A stretch of 64,000 nucleotides of DNA, taken from contig JAXLNO010003982.1 in NCBI GenBank assembly GCA_038087875.1, positions 62,001 through 126,000 on the forward strand, in the 5' to 3' direction. The first letter of the stretch is position 1; each line of letters starts with the position of its first letter. Shown one piece after another: positions 1 to 10,769 of the stretch. The position numbers and the translations under genes were made by a program. The stretch comes from Malacoraja senta (Eukaryota). The notes under the pieces were generated by a model, which saw nothing but the letters and a program-made list of their open reading frames with translations, was not told where the DNA came from and did not search any database.

Positions 1-1385
1 AAATTCTAGCGAATACAAGCAGAGTGTATCCAGTCTTTCTTCATATGAAAGTCCTGACATCCCAGGAATCAGTCTGGTGAACCTTCTCTGTACTCCCTCT
101 ATGGCAACAATGTCCTTCCTCAGATTAGGAGACCAAAACTGTAGGCAATACTCCAGGTGTGGTCTCACCAAGACCCTGAACAACTGCAGAAGAACCTCCC
201 TGCTCCTATACTCAAATCCTTTTGCTATGAATGTTAACATACCATTCGCTTTCTTCACTGCCTGCTGCACCTGCATGCCTACTTTCAATGACTGGTGTAC
301 CATGACACCCAGGTCTCGTTGCATCTCCCCTTTTCCTAATCGGCCACCATTCAGGTAATAGTCTACTTTCCTGTTTTTGCCACCAAAGTGGATAACCACA
401 CATTTATCCACATTATACTGCACCTGCCATGCATTTGCCCATTCACCTAGCCTATCCAAGTCACCTTGCAGCCTCCTAGCACCCTCCTCACAGCTAACAC
501 TGCCCCCCAGCTTCGTGTCATCCACAAACTTGGAGATGTTGCATTCAATTCCCTCGTCCAAATCATTAATATATATTGTAAATAGCTGGGGTCCCAGCAC
601 TGAGCCTTGAGGTACCCCACTAGTCACTGCCTGCCATTCTAAAAAGGACCCGTTTACTCCTACTCTTTGCTTCCTGTCTGCCAGCAAGTTCTCTATCCAC
701 ATCAATACTGAACCCCCAATACCATGTGCTTTAAGTTTGTATACTAATCACTTATGTTGGATCTTGTCGAAAGCCTTCTGAAAGTCCAGATATAACACAT
801 CCACTGGTTCTGCCTTATCCACTCTACTAGTTACATCCTCGAAAAATTCTATAAGATTCGTCAGACATGATTTACCTTTCATAAATCTATGCTGACTTTG
901 TCCAATGATTTCACCATTTTCCTAATGTGCTGCTATCCCATCTTTAATAACTGACTCTAGCAGGTTCCCCACTTCTCTCTCCCTCCCTTTTCAAAAAGTG
1001 TGGTTACATTAGCTACCCTCCAATCCTCAGGAACTACTCCAGAATCTAAAGAGTTTTGAAAAATTATCACTAATGCATCCACTATTTCTGGGGCTACTTC
1101 CTTAAGTACTCTGGGATGCACTCTATCTGGCCCTGGGGATTTATCGGCCTTTAATCCATTCAATTTACCTAACACCACTTCCCGGCTAACCTGGATTTCA
1201 CTCAATTCCTCCATCTCATTTGACCCCCGGTCCCCTGCTCTTTCCGGCAGTTAATTAAGTCTTCCTTAGTGAAGACAGAACCAATGTAGTTATTCAATTG
1301 GTCTGCCATGTCCTTGTTCCACATGATCAATTCACCTGTTTCTGACTGCAAGGGACCTACATTTGTTTTAACTAACCTTTTCCCC
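1..1385 (-). mobile_element. CR1-clade LINE ORF2 (RT) fragment, degraded
   Basis: Minus-strand ORF 957..1214 reads KLNGLKADKSPGPD-VHPRVLKEVA-EIVDALVIIFQNSLDSGVVPEDWRVANVT, a typical CR1 ORF2 segment; downstream frames match the CR1 copy at 11073-12231. Confidence 0.9.
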
Positions 1386-2286
1386 CATATCCCTTGATTC
1401 CTTTCGTCTTAAGAGCTAAATCTAACTCTCTCTTGAAAGTACTTTGTTTAGATAAGAGCCTTCTTTTCAAGCTTCTTTCTGCGGTCTTTTAGTTGTGCTT
1501 TGCAGGTGCTTTAGTTTGCTCATCTTCTGTCTGCTGAATATGTAACAACTACAAGCTGTGAATAACAAAAAATCCTTGAAAACTAACACTGGACTGCAAG
1601 TGTGAGTACAAAGCATGTTCTAACGTGTCCCAACTTCAGTCTGAAGTAGGATCCTCACCCGAAATATCTGCCTTCCCATGTTCTCCAAAGATGCCGCTTG
1701 ACCCGTTGAGTTCCTTAGCACTTTGTGTGTGGAGGAAAGCAGCCTCTGCTCTTCCTTTCATCTACAATTGTTAAATAGTTCAATCCAGACAATTACTTCA
1801 ATTTTACATTGTTGACTAAATTGAGAAAGAAGGCAATTCAAGGATAAATAACGGCCCATAAATCCATGTGACAGAGAAAGAGGCCTTTCAGCCTCCTGAG
1901 CCCACTCTAGCCCAGAGAACAAAATTATTCCAACACTAATTTTCCCCAAAACGGATCTTTCTCATTTCTATCAATGCCACAAATCCACCTATTTGCAGCG
2001 GTGGCTTAATCTACTAATTCAGCACATTTTGGTATGTGGGAGGAAACTGGAGAACAAACATTGTCACAGGGAGAATGCTTATACTCCACACAGACTGCAC
2101 TGGAGATGATTGAACCCGATCACTGGAGCTGTGAGACAGCAGCGCTCTTTGCTATAAAGCAGTCATAGAGAGAGTCACACAGCAGGGAAACAAGCCCTTT
2201 GGCCCAACTTGTCCATGCTAATCAAGATACCCCATTTAAGCTAGTCCCATTTACCCTGCAATGGGTAGACATCATTCAAAACGTTT

Positions 2287-2767
2287 CTCTCTAGATGTCA
2301 GCTGCTCTACATCGGTGAGACCAAGCGCAGGCTTGGCGATCGCCTCGCCCAACACCTCCGCTCAGTTCGCAACAACCAACCTGATCTCCCGGTGGATCAG
2401 CACTTCAACTCCCCCCTCCCATTCCAAATCCGACCTTTCTGCCCTCGGCCTCGTCCATGGCCAGAGTGAGGACCACCGTAAATTGGAGGAGCAGCACCTC
2501 ATATTTCGCTTGGGCAGTTTACACCCCAACGGTATGAACATTGACTTCTTTAATTTCAGGTAGTCCTTACTTTCTCCTCCCCTACTCAGCTCTCCCTCAG
2601 CCCACTGGCTCCACCTTTTCCTTTCTTCTTCCTGCGCCCCACTCCCCCCCTCCCACCCACCCTCACATCAGTCTGAAGAAGGGTTTTCGGCCCGAAACGT
2701 TGCCTATTTCCTTCGCTCCATAGATGCTGCCTGAACCGCTGAGTTTCTCCAGCACTTTTATCTACCT
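2287..2767 (+). mobile_element. Penelope-like element 3' fragment (GIY-YIG C-terminus plus terminal repeat)
   Basis: Encodes YIGETKRRLGDR...QHFNSP.HS.SDLS.LGL..RKLEEQHLIFRLGSLHPNGMNIDF, followed by a pyrimidine-rich UTR and the ctgaagaagggttttcggcccgaaacgttg terminal repeat. Confidence 0.9.
2665..2710 (+). ncRNA. Minimal type I hammerhead ribozyme motif in PLE terminal repeat
   Basis: CTGAAGA (2673-2679), stem II GGGT/GCCC, GAAAC (2694-2698), then GTT cleavage triplet (2699-2701); AACGTT palindrome at helix III. Helix I is only about 2 bp, so activity is unproven. Confidence 0.7.
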
Positions 2768-3140
2768 ATGCATGTCCCTGTCCATGTGTCTTTTAAATAT
2801 TGTTATTGTACCTGCCGCAACTCCATTCTCTGGCAGGTCATTCCATATGCTGACCACTCTCTGAGCACAAAGTTTGCCCCCAAGTTCCAATTAAATCTTC
2901 CCCCTCTCACATTAAACCCATGTCCTCTGGTTATTTGATTCCCCTTCTCTGGGTAAAAGGCTCTGGGCATACAGTCTATCAATTCCCCTCATGATTTTAA
3001 GCACCCCTATATGATCACCCCTCAGCCTCCTGTGCTCCATGGAATAAAGCCCTGGCTTGCCCAATCTCTCCCTCTTGTTCACACCCTTGAGCCCCGACAA
3101 TATGCTCATAAATCTCATAAACATAACAATGTTGCAGATA
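2768..3140 (-). mobile_element. Older CR1/HER1 LINE 3' fragment
   Basis: Minus ORF 2912..3199 contains LGKPGLYSMEHRRLRGD.IGVLKIMRGIDR, the CR1 ORF2 C-terminus. Confidence 0.75.
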
Positions 3141-3794
3141 ATATGTGCACCATAAATAATGCAAATTAAAAAAATATTTTTGAAGGCAATATGATTCAAT
3201 AAACATGGTTCAATGAATCAGATGATAATGTAATAAATGTCATTCACATGTATTCACATATAATTTGAAAATAATAATAAATATTGCAAGATGTGGAAAA
3301 TTGATAGAAATTATGCCCAGTGCATAATATTTGGATGTATTGTTCCCTGTTTGTACCCTCACCCTGTTTTAGTCCAGTTAAAGATTAATAATATAATTTG
3401 TTTAATGTGTAACCGAAGAGGTAACAAAAAGCAATGTTTTCAGCAATAATTAATCATGAATGAATGATACTTTATTGTGACATGTGACAAGTCACAGTGA
3501 AAGTCTTTGTTTTGTAAACCCAACGTATGTCAAGATTCTTCACATAAAGGGCACCGACAAAGTTATAAAGTCTCCCACACCAGGTCCTCCTTTGTCCCCA
3601 CCTCACCATGGTTCCCCCACGCCTGGTCCTGCTTTGTTCAATGGTACACTACGAATGTCATTGAATTAACACAGTAATGGTGATAGGACTTATTGATTTA
3701 CAATATAAAACATGTCCAATTGCAACTTATATGGATATACAAGTGTGGTGCAGATGGATTTGGACAGCTTACTTTACAATTGGTGCCCAAGATA

Positions 3795-4010
3795 ATTTAG
3801 AGATATAGCACGAAAACAGCCCTTAGAGTCCACAGTGACCAGTGATCCCCTTTGGCATACAGGCTTGGAGTGTGGGAGGAAACCGGGGAACCCGGGGAAA
3901 TCCCACGCAGGTCACGGGGAGTACGTACAAACTATGTACAGACAGCACCTGAGGCCAGGATCAACCCTGGGTCAATAGCACTACGGCACCATCACTACGG
4001 CTGAACCACA
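3795..4010 (-). mobile_element. HE1-type V-SINE (internally deleted)
   Basis: Reverse complement contains the V-domain ccccgtgacctgcgtggga..ttcc..ggtttcctcccacactcc and a tRNA-like head. Confidence 0.75.
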
Positions 4011-4123
4011 ATGACATTTAGGTTATCCTTTAAATATTTCACACAACTTTTCATTCTAAATTTGTCAATAAAAGTAAAAACAATTGGTGAGGTACGCAAG
4101 GGATTTTAACCATTCAAAAAGCC

Positions 4124-4189
4124 ACCAACATTTCAATGATTTGTAAAATGCTGGAAGCACAGCATTTTACAAATCATTGAAATATTGGT
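4124..4189. repeat. Near-perfect 30-bp inverted repeat with 6-nt loop
   Basis: Left arm accaacatttcaatgatttgtaaaatgctg (4124-4153) pairs with 4160-4189 at 29 of 30 positions. Confidence 0.95.
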
Positions 4190-4918
4190 TACCTATGGAA
4201 CCTATGGAAAGAGATACAAAATTAATGCTTCAGAATTGTGAGAATGTGTAAGTTACAGACAGGAGTGGGAGGCATGGTTGGACATAGGGAGTATCACTGA
4301 TAAGGTAATTACAGGTTTCCATGGTGATAAACTGACAATGAAGCCATCAGACAATGGCATTTTTGGTTTTTATTTCACATTTGCAGCATCTGCAGTTCTT
4401 AGGTTAGTGACTCAGCATGGAAATGGGCCATTCTGCCCACCAATTCCATGCCAACCATCGATCATCTTTCACACTAGTTCTATGTTATCCCAAAATGGAC
4501 ACAAAATGCTGGAGTAAGTCAGGGGAAACACTCTGTCTGAGGAAGGGTCTTGAACTGAAAAGTCATCCATTCCTTGTATCCAGAGATGCTGCCTGTCCCG
4601 CTGAGTTACTCCAGCACATTGTGCCTATCTTTGCTGTAAACCAGCATCTTCAGTTCCTTCCTACACATCTATGTAATCCCTCTTTCCTCACCCATTCTCA
4701 GCACACAAGAGTAATTTACAGAGCCCAATTAACCTACAAACTCTCACATTTTCAAGGTATGGGACGGAACAGGAGAACCTGGAGGAAATATCTGTGTTCA
4801 CAGGGAGAACGTGTAGTCAGGATCAAACCTGGGTCTCTGGCACAGCGAGAAATTTCTTTGAGATGTTTTTTTATGAACATTGATCACACTCCAAATGTAT
4901 TGAAATGAATGAACTAAC

Positions 4919-5179
4919 TTGCTGTTTCGTTCTGCCTCCGCATCCATTCATCGACTTGCCCTTTGATGATTCCATGGAAACCAGTTTCAGAGACCGTATT
5001 TGTTACCCAGTAATTCCTGTCAAATGCAGCCGCCATCCATTTCTGTCTTGGAACTGTAATGACCATGTTTTTGTCATAATACTGTATCTCACAACCATCC
5101 AGTTCACCCACGACACTATATTCTGGTAGATGAGTACTCCCGTGGTTCAGGGTGTAGTAATAGATCAGTGTGTGAGGCC
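4919..5179 (-). CDS. MHC class I-like heavy chain gene A, alpha1 exon (261 bp, phase 1-1)
   Basis: Acceptor tttgtgtctag|GG and donor GCA A|gttagt. Translation GPHTLIYYYTLNHGSTHLPEYSVVGELDGCEIQYYDKNMVITVPRQKWMAAAFDRNYWVTNTVSETGFHGIIKGQVDEWMRRQNETA matches the class I alpha1 pattern (H3, Y7, P-E-F/Y, G..DG, YD, PR..WM, YW, N-x-T at the end). Lineage not assignable. Confidence 0.93.
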
Positions 5180-5547
5180 CTAGACACAAATAAAATAATA
5201 CAATTATTGTCAAGTAATAGAAATTTCTATGGATAGGAAAGGTTTGGAGGGAAATCGGCAAAACACCAATTGGATTTACATTGCACTAAACATGATATCA
5301 TTTACCCTGTATCTATAGATTGTGAACGGCTTCATTGTAATGTAGTCTTTTCACTGACTGGATAGCACACAAGAAACATTTTCACTGCAAAACAGTACAC
5401 GTGACATTAATAATAAATTAAACTAAGCTAAAATATAGATAGGTGGGTCAAGGGTAGATGGGGCATCTTGGCTGGCATAGATAAGCTGGGCTGAAGGGCC
5501 TGTTTCTATGCTGTACATGATTCTAAATGTCAAGCTTACTTAGATTA

Positions 5548-5845
5548 TTTTAGTTTAGTTTAGAGATACAGTGTGGAAACAGGCCCTTCAGCACGAGTCG
5601 GCACAGATCCCCGCACATTAACACTATCCTACACACGAAGGACAATTTACATTTATATCAAGCCTATTAACCTACAAACCTGTACGTCTTTGGAGTGTGG
5701 GAGGAAACCGAAGATCTTGGCGAAAACCCACTGGTCATGGGGAGAACGTACAAACTCCGTACAGACAGCAGCCATAGTCAGGATCGGACCCGGGGCTCTG
5801 ACACTTTAAGGCAGCAACTCTATCGCTGCCCCACCATGTCGCCCT
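5548..5845 (-). mobile_element. HE1-type V-SINE
   Basis: (TTTAG)n tail at the left, V-domain, tRNA-derived head at the right. Confidence 0.85.
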
Positions 5846-6309
5846 TACTGATCAACATTTGGAAATATGATATTCAGATATTCCACCCACAAAGGGAAGT
5901 CACGGCAGTTATTTGGTTCACAGGCCACCATTTATTGCTCCGTGTGTCGTTAAAGAGTAAAATCTAGGGGTAGGTATTGGAAATATCAGGAAGATAAAAA
6001 GAGATCAGGTCCCAAAATAGTTAGTATGGACAATAGGTAAAAGGGCTTGTTTCTGTGCTGCACTCTCTATGCTGCACTCTCAATTAGTTGCATCACATCA
6101 TATTTATAAGTCGTAACCTTCAGTTGATTAGTCTAACAAGGGTTCATTCGCTCGTGTGTCAGACGAGGTGTAGCTCACTGTTGGCTTCTGTCGTCGTCCA
6201 ACATGTTGACAGAATAGGTCGCCCGACGCGTCTCAGAGTGCATCGTGTTGTCGGTTCCGTGGATCGCCACGAGGAGGCTTCTGCATGATCCCCCACAAAA
6301 GGATGACAC

Positions 6310-7050
6310 GGTGGAACAGCGGTAGAGTTACTGCCTTACAGCTCAAGAGACCGCCAGGTTCAATCGTGACCATGGGTGCTGTCATAGAAACATAGAAAAT
6401 AGGTGCAGGAGTAGGCCATTCGGCCCTTCGAGCCTGCACCGCCATTCAATATGATCATGGCTGATCATCCAACTCAGTATCCTGTACCTGCCTTCTCTCC
6501 ATACCCCCTGATCCCTTTAGCCACAAGGGTCACATCTAACTCCCTCTTAAATATAGCCAATGAACTGGCCTCAACTACCTTCTGTGGCAGAGAATTCCAC
6601 AGATTCACCACTCTGTGTGAAAAATGATTTTCTCATCTCGGTCCTAAAAGACTTCCCCCTTATCCTTAAACTGTGATCCCTTGTTCTGGACTTCCCCAAC
6701 ATCGGAAACAATCTTCCTGCATCTAGCCTGTCCAACCCCTTAAGAATTTTGTAAGTTTCTATAAGATCCCCCTCAATCTTCTAAATTCTAGCGAGTACAA
6801 GCCAAGTCTATCCAGTCTTTCCTCATATGAAAGTCCTGCCATCCCGGGAATCAGTCTGTATGGAGTTTTTACATTCTACCTGTGGGTTTTCCCTGGGTGC
6901 TCCAGCTTCCTCCCACACTCCAAAGATGAGTTTGTAGTTTAATAGGGTTTGGTAAAGATTATAAATTGTTGCAAGTCTATAGGATATTGCTACTGTATGG
7001 GGATCGCTGTTCAGCGTGGACTTGGTGGGCTGAAGAGCCTGTTCCAATGC
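6310..7050 (+). mobile_element. HE1 V-SINE interrupted by a CR1 insertion
   Basis: Head ..ggtagagttactgccttacagc..gggtgctgtc stops at 6383 and resumes as tatggagttt..ggtttcctcccacactcc at about 6859. Confidence 0.85.
6384..6858 (-). mobile_element. CR1 LINE 3' end, young, 5'-truncated
   Basis: Reverse complement of the CR1 ORF2 C-terminus and 3' UTR ending ctattttctatgtttctat; nearly identical to 11760-12230. Confidence 0.92.
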
Positions 7051-7749
7051 TATATATCTATATCATCTTGAGCTGCAATATACAGTAAGTTGTCCAAATC
7101 GGATTGCACCATGCCAGTACATCAAGAGCAGACTAAAAATATCAATGTAATATTTAACTTCTGCTTTGATATGACCTCCTGGTGACTTGTTCACCACATC
7201 CCCCTTTGTCAGGGAGTTCCCCAATCATCTCACTGGAGAGGCCCCACATTCACACTTACTCAAATACCACACATTTCCTGCTAGACTAGTTTTTCAACTG
7301 TTTACTCTCACAGTCTGCCCTGTGAACATGCAGAAATTAACATCACAAAACATCAGGATTGAACAACTCATTATCAACCTTAGACACAGAGTGCTAATGT
7401 AACTCAGCGAGACCAGCAGCATCTCTGGAGAAAAAGGCTGGATGACACTTTGGGTCGGGACCCTACTTCAGTCTCAAGCAGGGTTATTCTGAAGAAGGGT
7501 CCCAACCCGATACATCAGTCTGAAGAAGGATCCCAACCTGAAGCTTCACCCAGCATCACCCATCCTTTATCTACAGAGATGCTGTAGAACACCTCTGACC
7601 CGTTGAGTTACTCCAGCACTTTGTGACACTCTTTGGTACAAACCAGCATCTGCAGTTCGTTGTTTCTACATCATTATCTAACTCATTGAGAAAGCGTTCC
7701 CATAGAATTTGCATCCTAACAAAATAAGATCACACAAAGTTACCAATAA

Positions 7750-8074
7750 GGGCGGCACAGTGGCACAGCGGTAGAGTTGCTGCCTTACAGTGTTTGCAGT
7801 GCCAGAGACCCGGTTTCAATCCCGACTATGGGTGCTGTCTGTAAGGAGTTAGTACGTTCTCCCCGTGACCTGCCTGGATTTTCGCTGAGATCTTCGATTT
7901 CCTCCCACTCCAAAGACATGCAGGAATGTAGGTTAATTGGCTTGATGCATGTGCCAAATTGTCCCTCGTGTGCAAAGGATAGTATTAGTGTGCGGGTTAG
8001 TTGCTGGTCGGTGCAGACTCGGTGGGCCGAAAGGCCTGTTTCCGTGCTGTGTATCTAAACTAAAAAAAACTAAA
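7750..8074 (+). mobile_element. HE1-type V-SINE, full length
   Basis: gggcggcacagtggcacagcggtag head, V-domain, CR1-like tail ggtgggccgaaaggcctgtttccgtgctgt and (CTAAA)n. Confidence 0.9.
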
Positions 8075-8640
8075 GAACCTATGTTACATATCTCACTTCC
8101 TTTGGTTCAGGCAGTGTTCTCTCTGGTGTAGACTGATTGAGCCATTTTCAGTGCTTATACTGGCTAATAGAGATAGCAACATGTAAACCACAGAAAGAAT
8201 CTTAAAATATACTGAATCATGCAGCATATAAACAGGCCATTTTGCCCAATCTTGTCTATGCTGACCGAGATGTTTGTCTACAATTACATTATGCCCTTAT
8301 CCCTCCCTGACTTTCCTACCAAAAGTCCAAATGCTTTATAGACATTGTGATTATGTCTGCCTCTACTATCTCCCCTGCAGCTCCACATCTCTTTTTCAGC
8401 TTTCTATTACAATCAGTCTGAAGAAGTGTCTGACCCAAAACATCATCTGTCCATTCCAGACTGCAGGAGTACGTGCTGAGGGACTCACTGGAGAGTTTTA
8501 ACCAGCATCAGTAGTTCCTTCCTGTACATCGTGCCTCTACTATCTCCCCTTGACATTTCTCTTCCATCACCTTAAACCTCCAGTTCTAGTCTCCACTGCC
8601 CTGGGAAAGAGACAGTTACTCTCTATACTATCTATACCCC

Positions 8641-9090
8641 AAAGATAGACACAAAATGCCGGACGGAGTAACTCTGCAGGGCAGGCAGTATTTATGAAGA
8701 GAAGGAATGGATGATGTTTAGAAACGTCACTCATTCCTTCCCTCCAAAGATGCTGCCTGTCCTGCTGAGATACTCCAGCATTTTATGTCGGTCTTCGGTG
8801 TAAACCAACATCTGTTAATCCTTCCTGAAGAAGGATGTCGACCCGAAATGTCACCCATTCCTTCTCTCCAGTGATGCTGCCTGTCCCACTGAGTTACTCC
8901 AGCTTTTTACATCTGTCTTCGGTGTAAACCAGCATCTGTAGATCCTTCCTGAAGAAGGGACTCAACCCGAAAAGGTCTCGACCTGAAATATCACCTATTC
9001 CTTCTCTCCAGTGATGCTGCCTGTCCCACTGAGTTACTCCAGCTTTTTGTGTCTTTCTTCGGTTTAAACCAGCATCTGCAGATCCTTCCG
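8641..9090 (+). repeat. PLE terminal-repeat array: one inverted arm plus three head-to-tail units
   Basis: Inverted arm 8641-8720, then units from about 8721, 8825 and 8949; CTGAAGA recurs at 8825 and 8949 (period 124 nt). Confidence 0.88.
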
Positions 9091-9407
9091 ACACAATCTA
9101 TAGCCCTCATTATTTCACTCCTGCATTCTAGTGAGAATAAATGCAGCTTATCCAATCTCTTCACATAACACCAGACCTCTATTCCAGGCAACAACCTGGC
9201 AAAACCCTTCTGCACTATTTTTGATGCCATCACATCCTTTTTAGTTCAGAGATACATTGCAGAAACAGGCCCTTCGGCCCACGCCAACCAGTGATCCCCG
9301 CACAGTAATGTTAGTAGTGGAGCGATCAGAACTCTACACAATACTCCATGTGCAGCCTAACCAATGTTTTGTTTGATTTCTCAACTCATATACTTGATGC
9401 CAGAGTC

Positions 9408-9995
9408 TATTCAGTTATACAGGGCCTTGGTGAGACTGCACCTGGAGTATTTTGTGCAGTCTTGGTCGCCTAGTTTGAGGAAGGACATTCTTGCTATTGA
9501 AGGAGTGCAGCAAAGTTCACCAGGTTAATTCCCGGGATGGCGGGACTGTCATATAATAAAAGAATGAATCGACTGGGATTATATTCACTGGAATTCAGAA
9601 GGATGAGAGGGGATCTGATAGAAATAGAATACTAATAACGGATTTGACAGACTAGATGCAGGAAAAATATTCTCAATGTTGGGGGAGTCCAGAACCAGGG
9701 GTCACAGTTTACGAATAAGGGGTAGGCCATTTAGGATTGAGATGGGGAAAACCTTTTCACCCAGAGTGTTGTGAATCTGTGGAATTCTCTGCCACAGAAG
9801 GCAGCGGAGACCAATTCACTGAATATATTCAAGAGAGAGTTAGCTCTTAGGGTTAACGAAATCAAGGGATATGGGGAGAAAGCAGGAACAGGGTACTGAT
9901 TCTGGTTGATCAGCCATGACCAGATTGAATGGTGGTGCTGGCTTGAAGGGCCAAATGGCCTACTCCTGCACCAATTTTATATGTTTCTCTGTCTA
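9408..9995 (+). mobile_element. CR1 LINE 3' fragment nested in an older minus-strand CR1 (about 9090-10330)
   Basis: cagttatacagggccttggtgagactgcacctggagtatt...aggaacaggggtactga and the CR1 UTR. Confidence 0.85.
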
Positions 9996-10769
9996 AGTGG
10001 ACAAACATGCCAAAGTGCATTTTTTGCTTTCCTGTCTACCCTTGTAGGCATTTTCACGTATCAATGAACTTGCAACCCAAGGACACTCTGTATATTAACA
10101 CCCCTCAGGTTCTTACCGTTTATGTCCTACCAGAACATGACATGCCGACACGCACAACTTCACACATGTCTCGATTACATTCCTTCTGCTATTGCTCCAT
10201 CCAGCTCTCTAGCTAATCTGTATCCCACTGGATCCATAGACAACCTTCTTCAATGTACATGTCATCTGTAAACCTACTAATCAAACCACCAATATTCACA
10301 TCCACATCATATATACTATCCACTGCAAAACACAAAGGGCTGCAGGGACTCAGCAGGTCAGGTAATATCTGGAGGGATGTTTTCCCCACCAAGGATAAAT
10401 ATTATTCAGAATAATGAAATGTATACAAAATAAGAACAGGGCAAACAACATTTCTGCCATTCTCAGTGTCCACACATGAATTAATTACGGTTATTTTTGG
10501 TTGTGTTCACAAACTACCCTTATATCAAGCACCCTTGGCACTCGTATAGCCCTCCTGGGTTAATAGCCCTTCCCTTGTTTGAGGGGCATCTTCACCAGTT
10601 GCAGCCCCCCAATGTATTGCCACGAAGGACCCTAGACTGTAGACCCCCACTGAGCCTTGGTGTTGGCTGCAACAAGCTCCAGTGAGTCCCTCAGCACGTA
10701 GTCCTGCAGTCTGGAATGGACAGATGATGTTTTGGGTCAGACACTTCTTTGTTCTGTGTCTCCAAATAG

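Noticed and set aside
77-610. Plus-strand ORFs such as MNLLCTPSMATMSFLRLGDQNC and MPPKWITTHLSTLYC (also 11253-11861, 18317-18685)
   Set aside because: Antisense shadows of CR1 ORF2; they recur wherever a CR1 copy occurs.
5180-5261. N-terminal part of ORF 4914..5261 as a built-in signal peptide
   Set aside because: It is the AT-rich polypyrimidine tract read in frame; a canonical acceptor at 5180-5181 precedes GPHT.
7212-7221. kB-consensus GGGAGTTCCC in intron 1
   Set aside because: A single degenerate 10-mer is expected by chance in 64 kb, and no ISRE or other clustered motifs are nearby.
7260-7277. 18-bp in-frame micro-exon with a gtaagt donor
   Set aside because: No polypyrimidine tract before the AG, and it would insert residues between the leader and the mature N-terminus.
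8721-9090. CRISPR-like repeat-spacer array
   Set aside because: Whole units are repeated with no unique spacers, they derive from a eukaryotic retroelement, and there are no cas genes.
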